From IMG/VR virus record IMGVR_UViG_3300046674_000532: a stretch of 64,000 bases of DNA. One strand, 5' to 3'. Positions within the stretch are counted from its first letter, which is position 1; the number at the start of each line of letters is the position of its first letter. Positions 17,381 through 24,989 of the stretch are shown here, piece by piece. A program made the position numbers and the translations under genes. The notes under the pieces were generated by a model that was given only the letters and a program-made list of their open reading frames with translations, was not told where the DNA came from and ran no database searches. This stretch comes from a virus.

Positions 17381-17430
17381 CTGTCCCCTGCCTCCCCATA
17401 CGTGTCGTCTGTACGACCAATCACACCGGC

Positions 17431-17910
17431 TCAGTGCTCCCGAGCGTCCTCGTCGTCCGCCGGGTGCCACTCCGGGGCACGCTCCGCGACCTGCCGGGAC
17501 CGGCCCGCCATCCCACCCATCGCCCGGAACCCCGCCTGCGCCAACTCGCCCTGCAACCGGGCCAGCCGGTCCCGGTTGAAGCGGGGCGCCGCCATCAACT
17601 GCCCGGCCCGCACCCCCACCACCAGCGCCCGGTCCCAGATCTCCTGCACGTCCGCCGGATCCATCCCCGGGAACAAGTCCCGCGGCAGTTTCCGCGGCGT
17701 TCCCGCCGTGTCCAACTGGGCGGCCGCGATCAGCCCGGCCAGATGCTGGCCCGTCGATGCGGCCCGCCCCGCCAGGACGAGGTCGCACATCGCGTCCTGG
17801 CCGACGTCGGCCGACCACCCGGCCTTGACGACCCCGCCAGCGGCCGGACCGCCCACGGCCCCCGTCCCGATGGAGGCGGGCAGGGAGGTGGAGTCAGGGG
17901 TGTTGCTCAT
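17431..17910 (-). CDS. Hypothetical protein (159 aa)
   Basis: Track ORF 17431..18198 trimmed to the ATG at 17910 (MSNTPDSTSL...), which overlaps the upstream stop. Confidence 0.55.
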   Translation of the reverse strand: MSNTPDSTSLPASIGTGAVGGPAAGGVVKAGWSADVGQDAMCDLVLAGRAASTGQHLAGLIAAAQLDTAGTPRKLPRDLFPGMDPADVQEIWDRALVVGVRAGQLMAAPRFNRDRLARLQGELAQAGFRAMGGMAGRSRQVAERAPEWHPADDEDAREH

Positions 17911-18833
17911 GCTGCAGCCTCCAGCGGCGTAGCGGGGAACAGGGAACACACATCGGCGACCTGGGCCAGGTCGGCTTCCATCTCGGCGAGCAGCAGATCC
18001 AACTGCCCGGGTACCTCCACGAACCGCTCCCGCAACGACAGCCGGCGCACCCGCTCCGTACGCCGCCCCGGCACACGCTGCTCGCCCTCGTCGACGTCGG
18101 CGACCGGCAGCCGGGCCAGGAGCCGCTCGAACTCCACCGCCCACAACAGCAACTGCCCGTTCGCCTCCACGGTGTGCGTCTTCACCCCCGACGGACACGC
18201 CAGCACCGACCCGTCATCCGCCACCACCAGGCCAGCGTCGACCAGGCCACGCTCCACCGCCGCGGCGAGCAGCTCCATCCGCGACGCCTCACGCGACAGG
18301 CCCATCAGCGTGACAATCGCCGACCGCTGCCAACCCGCCGTCCGCACATCCATCCGCGCCGCCGCAGCCACCCGATACGGATCCGCGTGCCCGGCCAGCG
18401 CAGCCAGAACGGCCAGCTTCTGCTCCGTCCGCAACTTCGCGTCCGCGGCCGCACCCATCACCTCGTGACGGTGCCGGATGAACGCCGTGTGCCGCTCCGT
18501 CTGCGTCTCCGCGCCCCACACCCCGTGCGGCTCCGCCAACCGCGCCACATCCCCGTCCATCACCACGGTGTTGGCGTACGCGGCGCACTGCACCATCACC
18601 GGACAGTCCAGACACACTTCGACCGCCGCGGCCTCCCGCGCCCGGCGTACCGGCTGCCTCTCCCCACCATCCACATCCGGAGCGAAATGCGCCCCCAGCG
18701 GCAGGTCCAGGTTCCCCGCCATCCGCGACGGCAGCACCGGATCCGGCGCACACCCCCGATACCGGAACCGCGGATGCGTCTCCCACGCCGCACGCGCCAC
18801 CGCCACACTCACCTGCTCACCGGTGCCCGTCAT
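17907..18833 (-). CDS. Second WhiB-like domain protein fused to a long C-terminal region with a LuxR-like HTH (308 aa)
   Basis: Cys pattern GC-x47-CLDCPVMVQC. The later segment WQRSAIVTLMGLSREASRMELLAAAVERGLV is HTH-like. Confidence 0.65.
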   Translation of the reverse strand: MTGTGEQVSVAVARAAWETHPRFRYRGCAPDPVLPSRMAGNLDLPLGAHFAPDVDGGERQPVRRAREAAAVEVCLDCPVMVQCAAYANTVVMDGDVARLAEPHGVWGAETQTERHTAFIRHRHEVMGAAADAKLRTEQKLAVLAALAGHADPYRVAAAARMDVRTAGWQRSAIVTLMGLSREASRMELLAAAVERGLVDAGLVVADDGSVLACPSGVKTHTVEANGQLLLWAVEFERLLARLPVADVDEGEQRVPGRRTERVRRLSLRERFVEVPGQLDLLLAEMEADLAQVADVCSLFPATPLEAAA

Positions 18834-19132
18834 GCCGGACCCCCTTCCGAACTCGGATCACCCGAACCACTCGAACGCGCCTGCGCGGCCAACGCCGCAT
18901 CCACCACCCGATCCGCCTCCGCCAGCACCGCCCGCTGAGCCAGCACGGCATTCATCCGGGCGCGGAACTCCTCGAGGTCCCGGTCCCGGCAGCCCTCCGT
19001 CAGCCGGGCCGCGGCCTTCTCCCGGTCCAGCAGCCGGTACAGGCGCCGCAGCCGGCGCACTGTGCAGATGGCGACGGCCGCCGCGGCGAGTGCCGCGACG
19101 GCCAGAACAATCAGTAGAAACACGGCACTCAC
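18830..19132 (-). CDS. N-terminally membrane-anchored coiled-coil protein (100 aa)
   Basis: GTG start with GGAGAAAG upstream. TM helix AVFLLIVLAVAALAAAAVAI. Confidence 0.55.
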   Translation of the reverse strand: MSAVFLLIVLAVAALAAAAVAICTVRRLRRLYRLLDREKAAARLTEGCRDRDLEEFRARMNAVLAQRAVLAEADRVVDAALAAQARSSGSGDPSSEGGPA

Positions 19133-19168
19133 CTTTCTCCAGGGAAGGGGACGGCCACCGGACCCCGG

Positions 19169-19462
19169 TCAGGGCCGGTACCAGGCGTTCGTCTTCACCA
19201 CGCTGTCCAGCGCCCGCAGGCCTGCCAGCTCGGCCGCATCCGCCCGCGCCCCGACCTCCGCGTCCGCCACCGCCTCGAGCGCCTCCGCATCACGGACCGC
19301 CTGCTCGGCCGTCGACCGCCGCCGCCACGCCCGCAGCTCCACCACGTTGTCCGGCACACTCGGACGGCGCTTCTCCCACCACAAGGCCACCGGCACCCCG
19401 AGCAGGGCCAAGAGCAGGATCGCCGGAATCACCCAGCGCTGGGCGTCAGAGAAAGGGGGCAT
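19169..19462 (-). CDS. N-terminally membrane-anchored protein (97 aa)
   Basis: ATG start. TM helix WVIPAILLLALLGVPVALWW followed by a helical Ala/Glu-rich tail. Confidence 0.55.
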   Translation of the reverse strand: MPPFSDAQRWVIPAILLLALLGVPVALWWEKRRPSVPDNVVELRAWRRRSTAEQAVRDAEALEAVADAEVGARADAAELAGLRALDSVVKTNAWYRP

Positions 19463-19774
19463 GACGGAACTCCGTTCGGCGACAGCCGGGATGAGGTGGG
19501 TGGTGGTGCGGCGGCCCGCCGGAGCGGGCCGGATGGTCAGGCGGCGGAAATGACCTCGTCCGCGCCATTCATCGGGATACCGAACCCGGCAGCGACAACA
19601 TGCTGGAGGACAACCGGAGTACGGGAGAAACAGGCAACAGGCGGGACGGCGGTCAGTTCTCTTCTTGATCCGGCTTGGGGGCCAGCCGAGATACAGCCGA
19701 AAGGGATATGCAGGACCTCGTGCGAGGAGTCGTTCCCTCTACTGGGCAGCTCGTCCTTCGGTACGGGGCGGTGA

Positions 19775-20167
19775 TCACTGCTCGCCGCCCTCGGCGCCTG
19801 CGGCCAGGAGGCCGGCAAGGCTCTGGAGGTGGGCGGCCGGGCCGAGGTCGGTGTAGAAGGAGCCTGCGGGCAGCGGGGGCAACTGCGCGGGCACGGCCTG
19901 GTGCACGAGCGGCTGGTCCGCCAGACCGAGCCCCTTACCGGCGCGCGACCACGCCTGGCACGGCGGAGACCAGATCTGCTTCTTCGACCGCCCCTTGAAT
20001 GGAGCGGTCGGGTACTGGGCGACGTCGCACTGGATAGTCAGGTGGCCCGCCGCCGCGCGGGTCTTGCACGCTGCGGTGTCCCACTCCAGCCCCACATCGC
20101 GAAGGCCAAGCAGCCGCAGCCCTTCCGACCAGCCACCAGGCCCTGCGAACCCGTCGAGGATCGTCAT
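19775..20167 (-). pseudogene. Truncated DNA (cytosine-5) methyltransferase (N-terminal 130 aa only)
   Basis: Motif I (ILDGFAGPGGWSEG) and motif IV (SPPCQAWSRAGKG) are present. ENV, the QxRxR/TRD and motifs IX-X are absent. The ORF stops after 130 aa and the 240 nt downstream have no continuing frame. Confidence 0.6.
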
Positions 20168-21123
20168 CAGGCGGCGCTCCTCTCTGCGGCGTTGGCCTGG
20201 GCGGCCTGTTCCTTCAACTGGGCGATGCGGCGCGTCAGGAGGTCCTCAACGCGCACGTCCATCTCGCCGACCTTCACCGTCTCGTCCAGAAGGCCGTGCT
20301 TCCTGGCGTCGGCAAGGTTCTGCTCGCACGACAGACGGTTCTTCCACCCGGCGTTGATTTTCTCCTTGAGGCCTTCCAGCGTGGTCCCCGCAGCCTGCTC
20401 CTGCCGGTGCACGTCCTCCCGCTGCTCTTCCGTAGGACTGGCAGGCACGGCATCTACCGCTTCCTGCTTCGCGGCCGCTACATCCGGCTCGGCCTCCACC
20501 TTGTCGTCCTTGAACTCGGCCTCCTTCGGCGCCTTCCAGTACGGAAGCGACGACTGCACCACCGGGGACAGACGGCCCTTGTTGTACAGGGACAGGCCGA
20601 ACTGATCACCCAGGTTGGTGGCCGCCCGCTTCAAGGCCTGCGAGTCGGCGGTCTTCAGCGCCAGGTCGTGAGCATCGGCCCGGGACGGCTGGTTCGTGGC
20701 GTCCCCGGTGGCGATGCCGTGCCAGTGGCCCAGCTCGATCCCGTCCACCTTCACCGACAGGCGAACCGCGACGCGGTAGATGACCGTCCACGCATCGAAG
20801 GGGTTCCCGTACGGGCGACCGTTCTTGTCCTTCTTCTGGTGGTCCGGGATGCAGGTCTCGGCGATCAGCGTCGACTCCAGCAGGTCGGTGTCGTGCCCGC
20901 CGAACCCGAAGATGCGGATCAGGTAGCGCCGAATGTCCCAGGCCTCCATGTGCGCGAAGCCCTTGCCGTCCGAACCCACCCGGTCCGGGTCAACGGGGCG
21001 CAGCAGCTGGGCGATCTGGAGGTCGGACAGGGTGCCCAGGCGGCGGGCCGGGGCCTGGTTTTGGGTGTGCGAGGTGGGGCCCTCCGCCGTCGTGCTGGCG
21101 AGGGCCTCGGTGGCCGGGGCCAT
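20167..21123 (-). CDS. Rad52/Sak-type single-strand annealing protein
   Basis: EAWDIRRYLIRIFGFGGHDTDLL and AHDLALKTADSQALKRAATNLGDQFGLSLYN parallel the Rad52 motifs (..NE.FG..GW.. and ..A.TD.LKRAL..FGN.LG). Confidence 0.75.
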   Translation of the reverse strand: MAPATEALASTTAEGPTSHTQNQAPARRLGTLSDLQIAQLLRPVDPDRVGSDGKGFAHMEAWDIRRYLIRIFGFGGHDTDLLESTLIAETCIPDHQKKDKNGRPYGNPFDAWTVIYRVAVRLSVKVDGIELGHWHGIATGDATNQPSRADAHDLALKTADSQALKRAATNLGDQFGLSLYNKGRLSPVVQSSLPYWKAPKEAEFKDDKVEAEPDVAAAKQEAVDAVPASPTEEQREDVHRQEQAAGTTLEGLKEKINAGWKNRLSCEQNLADARKHGLLDETVKVGEMDVRVEDLLTRRIAQLKEQAAQANAAERSAA

Positions 21124-21206
21124 GAGGTCTCTCCTATGAGGTTGTGCGAAGTACGGGGCGCGGGGCCCGGCTGGTGTCGGCGTCCAGGCCGACCCCGCGC
21201 AGACGG

Positions 21207-22100
21207 CTATGCGGCGGGCTCGCCGAGGCGGTCCTTCAGGATCGCCACCGCGATCGAACCGGGGAACATCTTGTAATCCAGGGCCTCAGATACCCGCGGC
21301 TCCACGTCACGGAGCTGCTCGAGCAGGTCGGCGTTCACCCGGACCGGCAGCCACGTCGCATCGTCCAGCGACCGGCTACCCGGCGCCGCCTTCGACGGAC
21401 GCGGCGGCAGCCACTCCCCGCCGGCCAGCGAACGGATCCCGTCCTCCAGAACCTTCTGCAGCGCCACGCCCTGACGGCCGGACTCGGCAATGAGGTGCTG
21501 CTCCAGGGGCTTCAGGACCCGCAGCTTCAGCATCTCCACACCGACCGGACTGTCGACGCCCAGCTCCTCCGTCATCCACAGCAGAGCGATACCGCCCTCC
21601 GTGATGGGATAGCCGGCCTCCTCCGACAGCGACGCCAGCCGCTCCTGCACCTGCGCCCGCAGGTCCGCGTCGATGTTGACGGTCATCACCGCGCGGCCGG
21701 GGCGCCGTTCACCCTTCAGCCAGCGCTTCGTCTTACGCTGCGGCGGCAGCCACCTGCCCTCCAGCACCAGTCGGTAGCCGTCCTCGACCACATCGGTCAG
21801 CAGCACACCCAGCTCGTCCGCAGCCGCCCTCAGGGCGTCCCGCATATCCGTGTTCGTGGTGATGGTCAGCGGCGACTTGCCGGGCCCGTCAGCGGGAGCG
21901 GCGTCACGCAGCAGCGTCCACCCGCCCCGCACCAGGACCGCCCGGACATCGGCAGCCGAGTCGGGATGGCCGGCGTCCTCCAGACGCTGGGCGGCGAGGG
22001 TCAGACGGTCGTGGATGGGACGGGCCACGTGGAGCGGTCCTCTCGGATGGCACCTCCCCGGCTCCTTGCGGGCCGGCGGGTGCGTGGGGGCGTTGGCCAC
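21207..22100 (-). CDS. Hypothetical protein with three ribbon-helix-helix-like repeats (297 aa); candidate DNA-binding regulator
   Basis: GTG at 22100 has GGAGGA 7 nt upstream. Modules recur as L-T/N-I/V-x-x-D/N-x-D/A-L-R...L (LTITTNTDMRDALR, MTVNIDADLRAQV, LPVRVNADLLEQL). Confidence 0.55.
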   Translation of the reverse strand: MANAPTHPPARKEPGRCHPRGPLHVARPIHDRLTLAAQRLEDAGHPDSAADVRAVLVRGGWTLLRDAAPADGPGKSPLTITTNTDMRDALRAAADELGVLLTDVVEDGYRLVLEGRWLPPQRKTKRWLKGERRPGRAVMTVNIDADLRAQVQERLASLSEEAGYPITEGGIALLWMTEELGVDSPVGVEMLKLRVLKPLEQHLIAESGRQGVALQKVLEDGIRSLAGGEWLPPRPSKAAPGSRSLDDATWLPVRVNADLLEQLRDVEPRVSEALDYKMFPGSIAVAILKDRLGEPAA

Positions 22101-22116
22101 GCCAGTTTCCTCCAAA

Positions 22117-22137
22117 CGGCAGTTCAATGCCATGCCC
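22117..22137. promoter_or_regulatory. Degenerate copy of the 21-bp palindrome (cGGCAgTtCAaTGCcATGCCc)
   Basis: About 15 of 20 arm positions match the consensus. It lies 17 nt upstream of the 22100 start. Confidence 0.4.
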
Positions 22138-22188
22138 GGAGGCTCTGGCAGTGGGGCGGCACCCCAACAACCCCAACGATACTGCCAC

Positions 22189-22209
22189 AGGCATTGCAAT
22201 GCAATGCCT
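22189..22209. promoter_or_regulatory. 21-bp palindrome AGGCATTGCAaTGCAATGCCT (operator-like site, copy 3)
   Basis: Perfect 10-bp arms. Central in the divergent intergenic region 22101..22253, 45 nt upstream of the 22254 start. Confidence 0.6.
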
Positions 22210-22253
22210 CACGGGTCTATGGTGGAACCAACACCACGAACCAGGGGGCCACC

Positions 22254-22703
22254 GTGCGGAATACCAAGAACCAGACCACCACCCGCACGCTCACCGACCT
22301 CCTCCGCGCCGCCGGCCGCCAGCACGCCGTCACCATCACCTACCTCAAGCCCGGCGAGACCGAGCCCACCGTCCGCACCATCGAGATCCACGAGATCCGC
22401 ACCACCGCCGTGAAGATCAAGAAGACCGGCAAGGTCACCGGCGGAGGCCTCGTCATCATCGCCATGTGCCGACTCCGCGGAGAGGGAAGGGAATTCCACC
22501 TCTCCGGCATCCTCGCCTACACGCTCCACCGCATCCCCTACGTCCTCAAGCGCCCCGCCAACACCACCTACCAGCCCGCCGCCCCCCAGCCCACCGACGA
22601 CGCGGACGCCCTCTTCTTCCACGAGCTCGCCCGCGACCAGGACGACGCCGACTACCGTCCCCGCGTCAAGCTCACCCAGGCCGACACCGACCTCGCCGCC
22701 TGA
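22254..22703 (+). CDS. Small beta-rich protein, possibly WYL/SH3-like (149 aa)
   Basis: GTG at 22254 has AGGGGG 6 nt upstream, in frame with track ORF 21144..22703. TITYLKPGETEPTVRTIEIHEI...AMCRLRGEGREFHLSGI is WYL-domain-like. The call is tentative. Confidence 0.5.
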   Translation: MRNTKNQTTTRTLTDLLRAAGRQHAVTITYLKPGETEPTVRTIEIHEIRTTAVKIKKTGKVTGGGLVIIAMCRLRGEGREFHLSGILAYTLHRIPYVLKRPANTTYQPAAPQPTDDADALFFHELARDQDDADYRPRVKLTQADTDLAA

Positions 22704-22713
22704 AAGGCACCCC

Positions 22714-22989
22714 GTGATTACCTACTTCACTGCGCCTGGCACGCTCGCCGAAGCCCTGCATGTACTGGCGGAACGGATGGAACGTGTCGAGGAGCGCATC
22801 GGGCACGTCGCGCTGGCCAACATGATGAGCGCCGTACTCGACGGCCCCGGGCATACCGCCTGGACACCGACCGAACACCCGGAGCTGGCCCGGAAGATGC
22901 AGGACGCCATCGTCCCGGACGGCTTCCTGAGCCCGGTTCCGACGGCCGGGCAGGTGCGGCAGGCCGCCGACGCCGCCCGCAGTTCCTGA
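22714..22989 (+). CDS. Hypothetical protein (91 aa)
   Basis: Track ORF with a GTG start, 11 nt after the previous stop. Confidence 0.5.
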   Translation: MITYFTAPGTLAEALHVLAERMERVEERIGHVALANMMSAVLDGPGHTAWTPTEHPELARKMQDAIVPDGFLSPVPTAGQVRQAADAARSS

Positions 22990-23005
22990 CCCCGGACATG
23001 ACGAA

Positions 23006-23037
23006 GGCCACCACCCTCAAGGGGGTTGGTGGCCTTT
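23006..23037 (+). terminator. Hairpin followed by TTT after the 22714..22989 gene
   Basis: GGCCACCACCC-tcaa-GGGGGTTGGTGGCC followed by TTTCC, 17 nt after the stop. Confidence 0.55.
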
Positions 23038-23115
23038 CCATACGGATCACGCACGCGCAGCGTAGCGGATCTATGTGCACGCACGCCAGACCTGTTCAGG
23101 GATGACACTGGGGAC

Positions 23116-23313
23116 ATGGCCACGAACCGTCAGGAAGCGCTGATCGAGGAGCCGTCGGGACGCCGGCGCGTGTGGTGCCGGGGTGTCGGCTGCGGCCGTG
23201 AACTGACAGATCAGGTGTCACGCACGAGAGGCTTCGGCGAGGAGTGCGACCCCGAGCCCCGAACCCGGCCGCGGACGTTCGTCATCGACCAGGATCCGAT
23301 CCCCGGGACGTAA
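23116..23313 (+). CDS. Small Cys-containing protein, DUF6011-like (65 aa)
   Basis: ATG at 23116. VWCRGVGCGRELTDQVSRTRGFGEEC resembles the CxxCGRxLTDxxSxxxGxGxxC pattern of small Streptomyces DUF6011 proteins. Confidence 0.5.
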   Translation: MATNRQEALIEEPSGRRRVWCRGVGCGRELTDQVSRTRGFGEECDPEPRTRPRTFVIDQDPIPGT

Positions 23314-23315
23314 TG

Positions 23316-23355
23316 GCCGCGGGCCCGTCGCCGATGGGGAGCGCGGGCCCGCGGC
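23316..23355 (+). terminator. 12-bp GC hairpin after the 23116..23313 gene
   Basis: GCCGCGGGCCCG / CGGGCCCGCGGC with a 16-nt loop, starting 3 nt after the TAA stop. Confidence 0.55.
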
Positions 23356-23733
23356 AGGGGGCGGGAGCTTCACCTGGGGGGATCTGCTCGACCGCCGTGC
23401 GGGAACGGTACGCCCGCCCCGGTTGGTACGTACAGCCTTCAACAGAAATATCTACGGCCCGGGTCACCGGCCGCCCCCGGGGCGCTCCGGAGGAGAGCGG
23501 GGGCAGCGGATGCGCCGTTCCGGCATAGCGTGATCCCAGGGACTTGGTAGGGGATGCCGACCCATCCTCACCCCCTCCGACCAGGACTTTACGAACCCTC
23601 CGAACCCCCACCCACCAGGAGAGGCCGCGCACGCCCCGCCCCGCACCCCCGGCCGAACCGCAACCACCACCGCACCAGGGTGGACGGTCCTGAGGGTTTG
23701 TAAAGATTGATCTATGTCGTGGCGGGCGCCACT

Positions 23734-24591
23734 ATGGACCCCATGGACCCCCGCGCCCTGCTCGACGCCTGGCTCACCTCAGGACTGCTCCGCCAGTCCA
23801 CCGTCGGCCGCTACCAGCCGCAGGTCGACCAGTGGCTCACCTGGTGCGAGGCGAATGGTGTCCACCCCTACACCGCCGGCCTGCGCGAAGTCGCCGCCTT
23901 CTGCGGCCAGCGCCTCGCCCCCCACCTCGACGGACGGCCCTTCAACGGACCCGACGACCTCGCCCGCCTCGCCCAGGAGGCCCCCGACGTCGCCGGCACC
24001 CACGACGGCTACATCACCGCCATCACCGGCTACTACACCGCCGCCCACACCCGCGGCCTCATCCCCGGCATCCCCGACCTCACCGAGCTCCGCGCCGGCA
24101 TCGACCGCGACCCCGGCGCCCCCCAGAAGCTGAACCCCCGAGAACGCGCCGTCCTCCTCTACTGCATCGGCATGTGGAACCAGACCAACGCCCGCCACTA
24201 CCGGCGCGACCGCCTCATCGCCTACCTCCTCCTCGAAGGCATGCGGCCCGGCGAGATCGTCCGACTCGACTCCCGCCACCTCTACCCCCAGCCCGACGGC
24301 ACCACCGAAGTCCGCGCCCCCGACTACGACTTCGAAGCCCTCGGCCCCCAGTTCGTCCTCGACCCCATCACCGGCGCCGCCCTCCAGGACTACCTCCCCC
24401 ACCGGCCCCGCCCCGCCGAAGGCGTCCACGCCCTCATCCTCGGCCAAGGCGGACGCCCCGTCGTCTCCCGCTACCCCAACATGCTGATCCGGCAGATCGC
24501 CGCCCTCCACCCGATCCTCGCCCAACGCCAGCCACCCGTCACCGCCGACGCCGTCGCCCACACCGGCCTCTGGGACATCCCCGAAACCTGA
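23734..24591 (+). CDS. Degenerate tyrosine-recombinase-like protein (SAM-like N-domain plus partial catalytic domain; probably inactive)
   Basis: N-terminal core-binding-like region and box I (LLLEGMRPGEIVRLD) are present. No HxxR, no second His/Trp and no catalytic Tyr before the protein ends (..ADAVAHTGLWDIPET). Confidence 0.55.
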   Translation: MDPMDPRALLDAWLTSGLLRQSTVGRYQPQVDQWLTWCEANGVHPYTAGLREVAAFCGQRLAPHLDGRPFNGPDDLARLAQEAPDVAGTHDGYITAITGYYTAAHTRGLIPGIPDLTELRAGIDRDPGAPQKLNPRERAVLLYCIGMWNQTNARHYRRDRLIAYLLLEGMRPGEIVRLDSRHLYPQPDGTTEVRAPDYDFEALGPQFVLDPITGAALQDYLPHRPRPAEGVHALILGQGGRPVVSRYPNMLIRQIAALHPILAQRQPPVTADAVAHTGLWDIPET

Positions 24592-24743
24592 CCCCAGTAG
24601 CGCTGTAGAAACTGCGGGGCCGATGTCGGGGGTGGCTTGTACGGTCTTTCTGACCAGGAACAACGTCCGATCAGGTGGATCACTTCCGAATGACGGGTTA
24701 TGTCCTTGGTGAGGGCGCACCGTGCGCCCGCCGAAGGAGCCCC

Positions 24744-24938
24744 ATGGACCGGACACCCTTTGCTCTTGCAGTGGCCAGCCTGATCCTGCAAGCCCTAACT
24801 TTCCTCAGCCCACCCAGCCCCGCCCCCATCCGGACCGAGGTCACCGTGACCCTCCAGGTGCCAGCCACCGCCCCCACCTGCATCTGGGCCACCCCACCAG
24901 GCGGCTATTCCGGCCCGGTGCGCGTCACGTCCTGGTGA
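24744..24938 (+). CDS. Small secreted/membrane peptide (64 aa)
   Basis: ATG at 24744 has AAGGAG 5 nt upstream. N-terminal hydrophobic helix FALAVASLILQALTFL. Confidence 0.5.
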   Translation: MDRTPFALAVASLILQALTFLSPPSPAPIRTEVTVTLQVPATAPTCIWATPPGGYSGPVRVTSW

Positions 24939-24989
24939 GGCCTGTCAAACTCGGCGGCGCGCGGAAGCCCGTACTGGCAGGATCGCCCC

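Noticed and set aside
19537-19818. Track ORF 19537..19818 (minus strand) considered as the missing C-terminal half of the C5-methyltransferase.
   Set aside because: The translation shows none of the expected motifs (ENV, QxRxR, GN.VP), has low GC3, and is not in a frame reachable by a single simple shift that restores the motifs.
21154-21168. GGGGCGCGGGGCCCG on the plus strand, resembling the core of the start-associated motif.
   Set aside because: It has the opposite orientation relative to the surrounding minus-strand genes, both flanking arms differ (no CAGGC/GCCTG), and it is not upstream of a start codon. It is probably a chance GC-rich match or part of a local hairpin.
23356-23733. Attempt to call an attP core next to the integrase-like genes.
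   Set aside because: No repeated core or arm-type sites were recognisable, and the host sequence is not available for comparison. This is left as a hypothesis only and not annotated as a feature.
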